46,707 nucleotides of DNA, taken from Octopus sinensis. Taxonomy: Eukaryota. The translations under genes and the position numbers were made by a program. Below, piece after piece: positions 1 to 12,952 of this stretch. The stretch's first letter is position 1, and each line of letters begins with the position of its first letter. The notes under the pieces were generated by a model. That model was not told where the DNA came from and ran no database searches. It worked only from the letters and a program-made list of their open reading frames with translations. The DNA lies in NCBI RefSeq assembly GCF_006345805.1, contig NW_021835872.1:1-46707 (forward strand), in the 5' to 3' direction.

Positions 1-340
<340 letters not shown>

Positions 341-1254
341 CCACATCCATATATGTAGTTATATTACATATATTTACATATATCTATGTATGTACACAGG
401 CATACACACACACACACGTTTACATTATATGTAAACTGAGAGACTTGCTTTTATTTCATGGCATATAAAACTTGTATATTTAATTTAAACATTTTACATT
501 TTCGTATTTTTAACGCAACACGTCTTGTAATTACCTCCCTTCCCTGTATACATGATTCTATTGTTGGCCTTCATTACCGGTCGAAAGATTTCGGCGAAGT
601 TCTGACAATTAATTAAATGAAGAATTATTTGTCACAATCAATTCGAGAAATATTCAGAAAGATTTGAGAGATGTACCAACAAGAGCGTGCCTGAAAATGG
701 CATCTCAATTAGTAAAGCATTTCATAGCTGTTTTAGAACTAAAGTGTTCGGCTTTTTTCCATTCAAGATATTTTCAACCGACTATTTTCGCGCTATTATT
801 TATAGCGTTATCTACTTCCAGATTCGCCGGTAAAAGTGATTTATTCCATCCCTCTCGAAGTTTTAAAATTCTTAACGCACACACAGATACACATACGCAC
901 GCACACACACATAAAAACAAACAAACACACACACACACGCATACATATGCTTGGATACACAGCCAGGTATTTAAACATATATGCAGGCATACAAACTGAT
1001 ACACCAATACACATTATCACAGAAACCCATATACACAAAAATACGTTTGCTCTCATATACGCGCCTACATACTCTCGTACACATGAAGACACACCTATGT
1101 ATATATACATGAACACACGGAAGCAAGCTATACCTGCAAGGGTGGGTTGATAGAAGTTCTTGTATTAATTTTTAAATCTCACGCAACAAACAAAATTGTC
1201 TTTGTTAAATTGAAACTATTTCTTAATTGGCCTCAAGGGAATACCACGGATACC

Positions 1255-1770
1255 ACTACCAATACCAACAATACCTACCTACCACCACCACCACCACTAC
1301 CACCACCACCACCACCACCACCGCCACCACCACCACCGCCACCACCACCACAACCACCACAACCACCACCATGACCACGACGACGACGACCACCACCACC
1401 ACCACCGACATCGCCACTACAGACATCACCACGACGACCACGACCACCACGACCACCAACACCACCATCACCCCAACATCGTCATCATGATATCACCGCA
1501 TCCACCATCACCACTATCCTACCACCATGTCACGACGACTAACGCCATAAACATTTTAAACTAATAATACACTAATCGACACTAATAATACCATGTTATA
1601 CCACTATCATCATCACTAACATCATCACTGTCATATTAACCCCCAAACCCCTCACCCCCACAACCATCACCATGCAACCATCACTTCTACCACCATCACC
1701 ACCACCACCACCACCACCACCACCACAGACCCGCCGCCGCCGCCACTACCACCACCACCACCACCATCAA
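1255..1770. repeat. (ACC)n/(ACG)n trinucleotide low-complexity region
   Basis: Direct reading; source of the poly-Pro/Thr/Val ORFs. Confidence 0.9.
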
Positions 1771-1774
1771 CACC

Positions 1775-2005
1775 TATTTCATTACTACCCACAAGGGGCT
1801 AAACATAGAGGGGACAAACAAGGGCAGACATAGGTATTAAGTCGATTATATCGACCAGAGTGCGTAACTGGTACTTAATTTATCGACCCCGAAAGGATGA
1901 AAGGCAAAGTCGACCTCGGCGGAATTTGAACTCAGAACGTAACGGCAGACGAAATACGGCTACACATTTCGTCCGGCGTGCTAACGTTTCTGCCAGCTCA
2001 CCACC
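1775..2005 (-). mobile_element. tRNA-derived SINE family A, single copy
   Basis: On the minus strand: A-box-like TGGCAGAAACG, B-box GAGTTCAAATTCC, tail ending GAAATA. A 15-bp direct repeat ACCACCATCAACACC at 1760-1774 and 2000-2014 is a probable TSD. Confidence 0.9.
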
Positions 2006-2281
2006 ATCAACACCAACAGCTACATGACCATCCCCGCCATCACAACTACCATCGCCAACACTAATACGACCGCTACCACGACCAACTGTACCGCATACGT
2101 CTTCATTACCTCTGCTACCGTCATCACGTTCGCCAAAATCATTGGAATCAGCATCACCACCACCACAACCACCAACACCGATACTATGACCACGACTCCC
2201 ACCACAGACTTCAACACCTACATCATCATCAGCATCTACTACTGCACAACCAACACCTCCTACTTGCACCATCATCACACT

Positions 2282-2385
2282 TGAGCAAGTGTCTTGCTCA
2301 AGAACGCAGCGGACAGACCGGTTTGAGAATCGAACTCATTCCCTCATGATTGTGAGCCCAACACTCTAACCACTGAGCGTTCAGA
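2282..2385 (-). mobile_element. tRNA-derived SINE head fragment (CORE-type family C)
   Basis: Reverse complement reads CTCAGTGGTTAGAG...GAGTTCGATTCTC...GTTCTTGAGCAAGACACTT. Confidence 0.7.
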
Positions 2386-2435
2386 TCACACACTACCATC
2401 AATAAAAAATTGTAAGGAGGTATTAGGTAATTTGT

Positions 2436-2693
2436 GGAGGCGCGTGGCCTAGTGGTTAGGGTGTCAGCATCATGATCGCAAGATTGTGGTTTCGATTCCG
2501 GGACCGGGCGACGGGTTGTGTTCTTGAGCAAAACATTTCCTTTCACGTTGCCCCAGTCCACTCAGCTAGCAAAAATGAGTAACGCTGCGATGGACTGGCG
2601 TTCCATTCAGCTAGGGAACACATACGCTATTGAAACCGGGAAACCGGGCCCATGAGCCTGGCGAGGCTTTAAAAGGGCGCATTTATTTTTTAT
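2436..2693 (+). mobile_element. tRNA-derived CORE-type SINE (family C)
   Basis: A box TGGCCTAGTGG, B box GTTTCGATTCC, CORE-like TGTGTTCTTGAGCAAAACATTTCCTTTCACGTTGCCCCAGTCCACTCAGCT. 13-bp TSD TATTAGGTAATTT at 2421-2433 and 2694-2706. Confidence 0.85.
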
Positions 2694-2900
2694 TATTAGG
2701 TAATTTAGGAGTAGATATTCAGAAAGACTACAGTGAATTTGATCGTGTGCCTTAACGAAAACAAGAACGACAGTAGCAACCACACTAACTTCGAAGTCTA
2801 TATGTAAAACGTGGCGCCCCCTAGCAAGCCAATCTACCACGGACGAATTTGTCGAAAACCAAACCCGTTTTGCAACAGGTGGTATATACGGAAGCATGAA

Positions 2901-3874
2901 GGCGGCGAGCTGCCAGAAACGTTAGCACGCCGGACGAAGTGCGCAGCCGTATTTCGTCTGCCGTTACGTTCTGAGTTCAAATTCCGCCGAGGTAGACGTT
3001 GCCTTTCATCCTTTCGGGGTCGATAAATTAAGTACCAGTTCCGCACCGGGGTCGATGTAATCGACTTAATACCTATGTCTGTCCTTGTTTGTCCCCTCTG
3101 TGTTTAGCCCCTTGTGGGTAGTAAAGAAATAGGTATTTCGTCTGCCGTTACGTTCTGAGTTCAAATTCCGCCGAGGTTGACTTTGCCTTTCATCCTTTCG
3201 GGGTCGATAAATTAAGTACCAGTTCCGCACCGGGGTCGATGTAATCGACTTAATACCTATGTCTGTCCTTGTTTGTCCCCTCTGTGTTTAGCCCCTTGTG
3301 GGTAGTAAAGAAATAGGTATTTCGTCTGCTGCTACGTTCTGAGTTCAAATTCCGCCGAGGTTGACTTTGCCTTTCATCCTTTCGGGGTCGATAAATTAAG
3401 TACCAGTTCCGCACCGGGGTCGATGTAATCAACTTAATACCTATGTCTGTCCTTGTTTGTCCCTTCTGTGTTTAGCCCCTTGTGGGTAGTAAAGAAATAG
3501 GTATTTCGTCGTCTGCTTCTACGTTCTGAGTTCAAATTCCGCCGAGGTTGACTTTGCCTTTCATTCATCCTTCGGGTCGATAAATTAAGTACCAGTTCCG
3601 CACCGGGGTCGATGTAATCGCTTAATACCTATGTCTGTCTTGTTTGTCCCCTCTGGTTTTAGCCCCTTGTGGGTAGTAAGAAATAGGTATTTCGTCTGCT
3701 GCTACGTTCTGAGTTCAAATTCCGCCGAGGTTGACTTTGCCTTTCATCCTCCGTTCGGGTCGATAAATTAAGTACCAGTTCCGCCCACGGGGTCGATTGT
3801 AATCGACTTAATACACTATGTCTGTCCTTGTTTGTCCCCTCTGTGTTTAGCCCCTTGTGGGTAATAAAGAAATA
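2901..3874 (+). mobile_element. SINE family A array: one head plus five ~184-bp body units
   Basis: Units start at 2950, 3134, 3318, 3502 and 3688. An 18-bp TSD GGTATATACGGAAGCATG at 2881-2898 and 3875-3892 flanks the whole array. Confidence 0.92.
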
Positions 3875-4902
3875 GGTATATACGGAAGCATGTCATCCGG
3901 GAGATATAAAATTTATTCTCATTCTGCTCTATCCTCTCTCTCTCTCTCTTCTCTCTCTCTCCCTTCTCTCTCTCTCTCCCTTCTCTCTCTCCCTCTCTCT
4001 CTCTCTCTGTCCCTTCTCTTTCACTTTGTGTGCACACGCACATACACATACACGCACACATGTACATACATTTATACGTATATATATTTGCATATATTTT
4101 TTTATGATATATCATTATTATTAATATAAGGAAATTAATCTATATTAATATATTATTTTAATATATTGATATAAGGAAATTAATAACCAAACTCATCATA
4201 AAGATATACCCGGGTAAAATACTTATTGTATTAAAATATATATATAAATAAATAAATATAAATACATATAAAATATATGTAAATATGTATAAATGTAAAT
4301 ATAATGTATAAATAAATTTGATAGTTTAAAAGTTTTGAATTAATTATTTAAAGCATTTTAAGATCGTTTTACAGAAGAGTAGGTCCCGATAATGAAATCC
4401 TATATTGATAAGCATTTATATATATATATATATATATACGCAAACTCAACATCTATGTATTTCTTATACATTAGCATAATTACATTAATTACGATGTTTT
4501 TAATCCGTTACTTGAAACAGCTGTAGAATACAATTAAATTATGCAACATGTGGGGATGTTTTGCTTTTCTGCCTTTTCACTATTCTAAATATGTTGTTCT
4601 GAACTAATTTTCAAGTCAGTTTTACATACATAGAAATATACTCCACTTATATTTATTGCATTGTAATAATTTACTGAAGTTTAACGATGTGTTAATAACA
4701 GATCTCTTAAATCTTGTAGATATGTTTTATAGCGCTTGTACATTAATTTAATACACACACAATCATACAGATATATGTAAATATATGCGTGAGTGTGTAT
4801 ACATGTATATGTAAAGTTTGTGTTTTTATGTCGAGTTATAATATAAACAATTTAACATAAAACTGAAGGATTTTATGTTAATTTTTTTTTCTGTTGAGTT
4901 TT

Positions 4903-5050
4903 ACGTTCTGAGTTCAAATTCCGCTGAGGTCGACTTTGCCTTGATCCTTTCGGGGTCGATAAATTAAGTACCAGTTGCATATTGGGGTCGATCTAATCAA
5001 CTGGCTCCGCTCCCCAAAAATTTCGGGCCTTCTGCCTTGATTATAAAAGA
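4903..5050 (+). mobile_element. 5'-truncated SINE family A variant with a different tail
   Basis: ACGTTCTGAGTTCAAATTCCGCTGAGGTCGAC...AAGTACCAG, then a tail CCCCAAAAATTTCGGGCC. Confidence 0.8.
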
Positions 5051-5144
5051 ATATATGACTGTTGACTACATGTTTATTATAGTTTTACAAAAAGAGAGGT
5101 TTCGAAGTTTCGGCCAACTACCCTTCATCGGACTGATATACGTA

Positions 5145-5256
5145 CGTACATACATACATACATACATACATACATACATACATACATACATACATACATA
5201 CATACACACACACACATACATACATACATAATACATACATACATACATACATACAT

Positions 5257-5287
<31 letters not shown>

Positions 5288-5308
5288 TACATACATACAT
5301 ACATACAT

Positions 5309-5341
<33 letters not shown>

Positions 5342-5395
5342 TACATACATACATACATACATACATACATACATACATACATACATACATACATA
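5145..5395. repeat. (TACA)n microsatellite
   Basis: Direct reading. Confidence 0.95.
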
Positions 5396-5832
5396 CAGGG
5401 TGCGTAAGATATTTGAGGACAGATTTATGCTTATAAAAAAAATCAGATATATAATAACAGATAATAACTTTATTTATCAAAAAATACCAGGAGGATAAAA
5501 ATAAACCTTCTTTTCTATAATGTTATTCAATAAAGCCACCTTCAGCTTCAACAACTGCTTCTATATGTGATCTAAATCATCTACATATTCGAATCAAGTG
5601 GTTCTGGTTCACTTTGGACGTTACTCTGACAATGGCAGCTTTCAAAGAATCTTTGGTGTTATGGGCGTGTTCACTGACCTCTCTCCCAACAAAGCTCCAC
5701 ATTTAATAGTCCAAAGGATTGAGATCTGGAGAATTAGGAGGCCAAATGTTAGGGGTTATGTGATCAGGAAAATTTTCAGTCATCCACGCCTGTGTTACTA
5801 GTCATGTGTGATAGTGCTGAGTCTTACTGAAA

Positions 5833-5835
<3 letters not shown>
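5396..5835 (-). mobile_element. Tc1/mariner transposase C-terminal remnant (probably DD37D/maT type) with one terminus
   Basis: Minus-strand translation FQ*DSALSH..VTQAWMTENFPDHITPNIWPPNSPDLNPLDY*MWSFVGREV...IEAVVEAEGGFIE* (three internal stops, one frameshift). TA|CAGGGTG terminus at 5394-5402. Confidence 0.85.
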
Positions 5836-5884
<49 letters not shown>

Positions 5885-6059
5885 GTCGCATATCTATGTA
5901 TGTAGTTATGTATGTATGTGGTCAATTCATGTGAAAACAAGTGAACGAAATAATATGACCATTTGCTTATCGGCAAATTTGGAAGTTCGATCAAAAGGAA
6001 ATTTTTTTTTTAAGGTGATCAAAACAAAAGTTTATCATTTCTAGCCACTTGCTCAATGA

Positions 6060-6170
6060 GTATTTCTGCCAAATCTGGGGAAAATCCGTTCAGTCGTTTT
6101 CCAGTAATTTTGCAAACACACAGACAAACAAACCGAGTGAGTACAATACCCTGTTTTCGCGCAGGGTAAT
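6060..6170 (+). mobile_element. Helentron/DINE-1-like non-autonomous element end
   Basis: CCAAATCTGGGGAAAATCCGTTCAGTCG...ACAGACAAACAAAC, followed by hairpin TACCCTG-8nt-CAGGGTA (6147-6168). Confidence 0.45.
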
Positions 6171-6300
6171 GAATATAGTAGAAAACCTAGGAAGTCCAGA
6201 GTGTGTCAGGTCATAGAAAGCAATAATGACGTTGCTGAGATTGAAGAACATTCGAGAAGTCTTTCAGATTTTCTTGGTTTCCTGCTATATTTATATATAA

Positions 6301-7385
6301 CTAGCAGTATCGCTCGGCGTTGCTCGGGTTTGTTTCAACCCTTGAAATTTGTGAAAAGTAAAAATTTTGCATTATGTAGCTTGTTAAGTGAACATTTTTC
6401 TGGTTGAAATACACCGAAAAATGGTGACACAACGGTTAAAAAATCATAAAAATTAGGGATTTTCATAGAAGAAAAAGCACCTTTTTGATGTAAATAATTT
6501 TTGGTGTTAACATGGTCCGATTTGAACTTTTTCTTCTACGGAATGAAGAGCAAGCCTTCTTCTATCATACTCTCAATTTTAGTCAACTTGCGCCACAGGG
6601 TCTCGGAGGAGATAGTATTAGTTGAAGGCTACCAAACCTGCCACACACAGACAACTTCAGCTTTATACACAGGGTGATTGGAAAGTAACTCCCTATTTTA
6701 AAATGCTTATAATTTATTTATTAACTATAATTTTTTTCTCAAATTTGTTGTGTATGTTCTTTAATGTATGGGAATTGATTCCATGTTGTTGTTTTTTTCA
6801 GATTGATTATTTTGTTTGAAATTTAGAAGCTCTACAAACATGGCTGGATGTTTTACAGTGCCCAGCTAGCTGCACATTACGAAGTTTGGAGATCAGTAGT
6901 TCAAATGCAAAGATGGTGGATGACCATTGGAGGAAGACATGCTCAAGTTGATGCAAAGATAATCAAGAACTGCCATGCAAAATTCATGACTACAGGACTT
7001 GTAGCTGATACTGAAGTGGTTGTCCTTCCAATTCATGAAGGCCCACATGACTGGCTGGCCAGAAGCCCTGATTTAACACCCTGCGACTGTTTTCTTTGGG
7101 TTTGGTTAAAGGAGAAAGTTTTCTCAACTAAACCAATGACTTTGGAAGAACTTGAAGGGTGAATACGAGAAGTTATGTCTTGCATTCCATAAGACTTCCT
7201 GATGAAATCAGTTGATGTGGTTCCCAGAAGCTGGTGGTGAATGCTGAGGCCTATATCAAATTTTAAATAAAATTCCATGCTATATACTTTCTTTACATAT
7301 TCATTTTTTCTAAAAATTATAGTTATTAAATAAATTATAAGTATTTTAAAATAGGGAGTTACTTTTCAATCACCCTGTATATAGA
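6301..7385 (-). mobile_element. Non-autonomous Helitron (subfamily E1), interrupted by a mariner derivative
   Basis: Minus strand: 5'-TC at 7385-7384, 3' subterminal hairpin remnant then CTAG at 6304-6301, inserted between A and T. Its 5' part matches the copy at 36216. Confidence 0.8.
6670..7377 (+). mobile_element. Internally deleted Tc1/mariner element
   Basis: ~65-bp TIRs (CAGGGTGATTG[G/A]AAAGTAACTCCC..., 3 mismatches). Right flank TA, left flank CA (mutated TA by inference). The ORF joins an N-terminal HTH-like segment to the C-terminal WLARSPDLTPCDCFLWVWLKEKV motif. Confidence 0.88.
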
Positions 7386-8064
7386 TGTTCAAGAGTAGGA
7401 AGAGCGAATGATCGTTATATCTATGCATCAGATGGAAAAACTAAAAAAAACTTCGTTTACTGAGACGTTATAATTAGCCCCAAATAATGCAGAAATCCGT
7501 CCTGATCAAGTGGCCAACCTGTCAGGGGAGACACAGCCAGACATGGAATAAAAAAAATTGAAATAACGGCATTCTATTGTCAACATTGGCCAGCAAGGAC
7601 AGCCTGAATGTGTGCGCGTGTGTGTATGTATGTGTATGTGTGAGTGTGTGTGTGCGTGCGGTTGTTTACGTCATAAGATTTTAGAAACTTCGAGAGAGCG
7701 TGAAATAAATCGTTTCTTTTTAAGGGCTGAACATAAAGTAAATAGACATGAAAGTATGTAAACATTGGGTAAAAAACAAACTCTCTGGATTGTAGAAGTC
7801 AAAAGCTGCCCTTGTGACTTGAATCCACATATTCTATAAACATGATACACGTGGGTTTGATTTGCAGGGACAGACTTCGACTTCTATACAAAGTATACAA
7901 ACGTTTTTTTAAATATTCTAACGCAATATTTACATTTCAGCTGCTAAAACACCCATTGTATGTATGTATGTATGTATGTAGTATGTATGTATGTATGTAT
8001 GTATGTATGTATGTATGTATGTATGCATGCATGCATGTATGTATGCATATATGTATATTGGGAG

Positions 8065-8235
8065 AGTTTACGAAAAAAAACCAAAGACGAAGGCAGGTGG
8101 TGTACAAAACAAATAGATGTATTAGTATAACGCTCAGGAATAGAAAAAGTCTTTTACGTTTCGAGCCTACGCTCTTCTACAGAAAGGAACACAGAAAAAA
8201 ACAAGGAGAGAAAAAACAAGGAGAGAAAAGAGGAG
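8065..8235 (-). mobile_element. Family G repeat, copy 2
   Basis: Reverse complement of 8150-8187: CCTTT-CTGTAGAA-GAGC-GTAG-GCTC-GAAAC-GTA-AAAGAC. Confidence 0.6.
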
Positions 8236-8329
8236 AGAGAGAAAAGAGAGAAAAAATGTGTGTAGTGGCTAACGATCTATCATGGCGACTGTATATACAT
8301 ACATACATACATGCATACATACATACATA

Positions 8330-8361
<32 letters not shown>

Positions 8362-8363
8362 CA

Positions 8364-8399
<36 letters not shown>

Positions 8400-8971
8400 T
8401 ATATATTATATATATATATATATATATTATATATATTATATATATATATATATATAGTTAGAAAGACATTCAAATATTACAATTATTTAATATGATAATT
8501 TTTCATATATTATATGATAAGGTTAATTCTCGTAAAAGGTTTAACGTAATAAGTAAATAGATAACTAATTGTTGTGGCGTAAAATGCCTAAGTTTCTATT
8601 AATAACAACGTAGATGTCCTATCTTTATTGTCTGTTCTTTAGTTATCTAGGGACGTCAACAATATTTGTAAAAGAAAATAGCCTTTTTTAGATTAAATTT
8701 CTATAAAGATTTCTAATTGTCATAACGTAGAATCCTTGTTTGTTTTTGTTTATTATGTTATTATCTACTGACGTCACACACACGCACACACGCACACAAA
8801 CGCACACCCCCACACATATATACATATATAAATGTGTGTACGCGCGTGAGTATGTGTGTGTGTGTGTGTGCATATGAAGGTAGGTCTATGTGTGTATATC
8901 CTAGCATGTGTGTGTGCGCGCGTATGTAGGTGGGTCTGTGTGCTTGTATCCAGTATATATATAGAGATATA

Positions 8972-9267
8972 CTAGCAGTATCGCCCGGCGTTGCTCGGGT
9001 TTGTAAGGGAAATAACTATATAAGCATTTTTAGAGAGTTATAGCAAAAAAATAGCAAAAAAATGCATTAAAAATGGAAAGAAAATGATGGTATTTTTTTT
9101 TTTAAATCGTAGACTCATCGTAGACGCGGGCTAATACCCAGAAGGGCTTGATATGAATCACGACTATAAGATACCCGGTTTTGGTTAAACTGCACCGCAA
9201 AATGTGGGAGTAGTTAGGAATCTAAATCGTAGGAGACAGACACACAACTTCACTTTTATATATAAAG

Positions 9268-9268
<1 letters not shown>
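8972..9268 (-). mobile_element. Non-autonomous Helitron (subfamily E2), 297 bp
   Basis: Minus strand: A|TCTTTATATATAAAAGTG ... CCCGAGCAACGCCGGG hairpin, CGATACTG, CTAG|T. Near-identical to 43030-43427. Confidence 0.85.
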
Positions 9269-9308
<40 letters not shown>

Positions 9309-9932
9309 AGTGTGTGTGTGTGTATGTATTGGCACGGTGTGTACAAAGTTTGAAAGCCTTTAATTCAATCTCCCCGCCTGTTTCGCCGACTCAGCATCTA
9401 CGTTTCCAAATGGTAATTTATTTCGTATTTAGTTAAGTTACGCTTCGTTATTGCGAGCGCCATGTTGTACGAGTTAAAAATACATATCACTCATCACGAA
9501 AATAGTTTGACATTCAGATTCAAAGAATTGTCACAGACATAAACATTGTCTGGTTTTTGACCGAAATATTTATTTCTGGAAACAAAACAAAATACAACAA
9601 AAACGAAAAGAGAAAAGAAAAAAATATATATACTACAAAAAAAAAAATTGTGAAAAATTTGTCATGAGTGGGGGGGTGGGTGGAGGGGGGAGAGTGGGGA
9701 AGAAAAGGAAGATCAAAGGGATGAGTGATTGGTATTGGTGATTGATGTCATTGGTGATGCTGATGGCAATTGAAAACGGCGTTAATGATGTTGCTGTTGG
9801 TGGTGGTAGTGAGATGATGATGATGATGAGGATGATGCTGATGAAGGTGATGATGATGACGATGACCATAATAGTAATGAGTATTGTGGTTATGTTGCTG
9901 TTCGTGGTGGTAATGATGATGATGGTGGTGGT

Positions 9933-10346
9933 GGCGGCGAGCTGGCAGAAACGTTAGCACGCCGGGCGAAATGCTTAGCGGTATTTCGTCTGCCGCTACG
10001 TTCTGAGTTCAAATTCCGCCGAGGTCGACTTTGCCTTTCATCCTTTCAGGGTCGATAAATTAAGTACCAGCTACGCACTGGGGTCGATGTAATCGACTTA
10101 ATCCGTTTGTCTCTCCTTGTTTGTCCCCTCTGTGTTTAGCCCCCTGTGGGTAGTAAAGTAAAAGGTATTTCGTCTGCCGTTATGTTCTGAGTTCAAATTC
10201 CGCCGAGCTCGACTTTGCCTTTCATCCTTTCGGGGTCGATAAATTAAGTACCAGCTACGCAATGGGGTCGATGTAATCGACTTAATCCGTTTGTCTGTCC
10301 TTGTTTGTTTCCTCTGTGTTTGTCCCCTTGTGGGTTGTAAAGAAAT
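9933..10346 (+). mobile_element. SINE family A, head plus two body units
   Basis: Head GGCGGCGAGCTGGCAGAAACG; second unit restarts at GGTATTTCG (10164). Confidence 0.9.
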
Positions 10347-10351
10347 CAGTA

Positions 10352-10895
10352 TTTTGTCATTGGCAAAGAGCGGACCATCAAGGAGAGAAAGACGATACGA
10401 GAAGAGAAGAAAAAACTCAGAACCAGATGTAGGAATGCAAAGGAGGAGGAAAAAGAAGCTGTATGAAGAGATAAAAAAGAGGTATTGAGACCAACTAAGA
10501 AAGGAAAGAAAGAAGAATAGAAGAAAGGAGGGAGAAAAGAACTATCGTAGTTTTGTAAACAACTCATATCAATATGTTAAACGTTTGTTTACTGAAAGTA
10601 AGAGCGGAAGACTAGATTGCTCTAACGAAGAGCTTGAACAAAATCTTAAAGAGATATATAGCGACGCTGATAGAGATAAAGTACTCCCAGAAATGCTCGG
10701 GCTGAAGAAACCATCTGAACGAAGAGTACCATTCGATTTGAGTGACATCAGATGGAAAGAAATGGATGAGTTCATTAGAAAAGCAAGAGCAAAAAAGTTC
10801 ACCAAGGAACGACGGAGTCAGCTATAAGGTTTATAAGTATTGCCCGAAATTGCGTTGACAACTGTTTGCATTGATAAAAGAAATGTGGAAGAAGA
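10352..10895 (+). mobile_element. Degenerate pre-RT fragment of an RLE-type non-LTR retrotransposon (HERO/NeSL-like)
   Basis: Translation ...LFTESKSGRLDCSNEELEQNLKEIYSD...PFDLSDIRWKEMDEFIRKARAK, then after a frameshift SYKVYKYCPKL. These motifs precede the RT domain in HERO-like elements (recognised from memory). Confidence 0.6.
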
Positions 10896-11972
10896 AAGAC
10901 AGCAGATTGAAAGACATTGCTGAGTGACAGGTGGGCCAAAGTAGCGATTTCGTTCATAACGCGCTCTCCTCTTGATTCGAAGGCTTGTATCACCAAACAG
11001 CTGGTCGGCTCTGGCTGCTGGAACTGAAACTAACATGACACTATTGGAAGGCAGGTTTAGAGAGGGCGCGGGCTAAGATTACGCGCCCTTCCCCTCCATT
11101 GGTCAGTTGAAGTTTAGACAGTATCACGTGACATTTAGCTCGTACCGGCTGCTGGAGCCTTCCGGCGAGTATTAAAAGGGAAATTTGGCAGGGTGGTCAT
11201 TCGTTGACGCTGACATTCGTTGACGCTGCATCGAAGAAACCAATGAGAAAAAGAAAAAAACGCACTCAACACCAGAGCTGAAGACACCTCCGAAAGGAGG
11301 GTTGGGGCGTGTCACGTCATAAACGGTAGAGGAGTAGGGGCCGAAACTGGACGTGGTTCCTCCTGATGATGTCCTTAGCCGCTGGATCCCATAAAGGAGC
11401 TGTTGAGGTAGCGAACCACAAATCGTGGATGGAATTCCTCCTTGTGGGTGAGAACTTGGGTGGATGTGAACTCTTCAACTGTATAAGAACTTTTCAACGT
11501 AGAGTTCTACTGAATAAATGCATTCTATTTTATGAAGTAGAAGAAGAACAACAACAATAGCAACAACAACAACAACAACAGTAACACCACAAACGGCAGC
11601 TCTTCGTGCTTAGGAAGGATTTTGTACAGAATTCCATGTGTAAGGTAAGGTCATAAACTGGAAAATAAGCGTTACGGTTGGCTGGAAACTTCCATGTTTA
11701 AAGGAAGACCAATGCTATATACAAAACTTCTTGGATATAAAACCGACGAAGCATGAAAAACGGGAAAATGTGACGCATCTAACATAGTTGATTCTGTAGT
11801 AACTTATACGCTCTCCTACACAACTGGCGATTTAAGCTAACAGGCAACTTCTAAAACATTTTTTTTTAAACAATAACAATGTCAACCGACATAAACAACA
11901 ACTTAACAGCGACGTAACGAAGTCTTTATATGGACTCCAACTTGCTAAAAGTAACAGCCAAATAGGCGGCGT

Positions 11973-12308
<336 letters not shown>

Positions 12309-12310
<2 letters not shown>

Positions 12311-12863
12311 AGCTTTCTTGAAGTTATTGTCACCTGTACGACGGATCGGACTATCGTTCGAGTCCATTGTGAAGATCGCCCCGCCTCCTTCTTTTGGCTA
12401 GGAAGGGTGGACAATTTTTCTCTGTCTGGTGGCTATGGCAAAAGAGGTTGTGTGGTGGACACAATTGAAAGGATTGAGGACGGATACCTTCCTCTTTGTC
12501 CAAGGACTCAGTAACATTTTCAGGTTCTACCTGAAAAGGAAAGTGAGGCCCAGTAAGTTCGTTGAAAAGTGGCAAGAATGGCCCGCGTGAATGGGCTTAC
12601 TCTAAGTGTGCGCCTGTTGGCCGGATGGAAAAAAGAAGACAGGATACCTTTCTGAGGAGCTGTTGGTGTTAAGGGGTCCAATAGGCGTGAGGTCTCTTTG
12701 GTCACCCTATGGTGGAACTCAACCCTATTGGGGAAGCATACCCTTGATTTAATTTTTTTTGTTAATCGTTGTTTGTTTGCTATTTACACGTTTAGTCTCA
12801 CTATCCTTCGTCTGTGTATCGTCCACTATGTTTTGTGTTCGGCCCTGGTGGCCAATAAAGAAA
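12309..12863 (+). mobile_element. L1/Tx1-like LINE 3' fragment (ORF2 C-terminus plus 3'UTR)
   Basis: Translation [36 protein letters not shown]...FYLKRKVR is homologous to 15322-15621. Ends GGCCCTGGTGGCCAATAAAGAAA. Confidence 0.65.
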
Positions 12864-12885
12864 GTATTGTTACTACTACTACTAC

Positions 12886-12952
<67 letters not shown>

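Noticed and set aside
2812-2819. TGGCGCCC as an LTR primer-binding site
   Set aside because: No adjacent LTR ending in CA and no gag/pol downstream.
2901-3874. Regular ~184-bp repeats resembling a CRISPR array
   Set aside because: There are no unique spacers or cas genes; the units are whole SINE bodies in eukaryotic DNA.
11336-11376. GAAAC...CTGATGA as a permuted hammerhead
   Set aside because: There is no room for stem I and stem II pairing fails at the closing pair.
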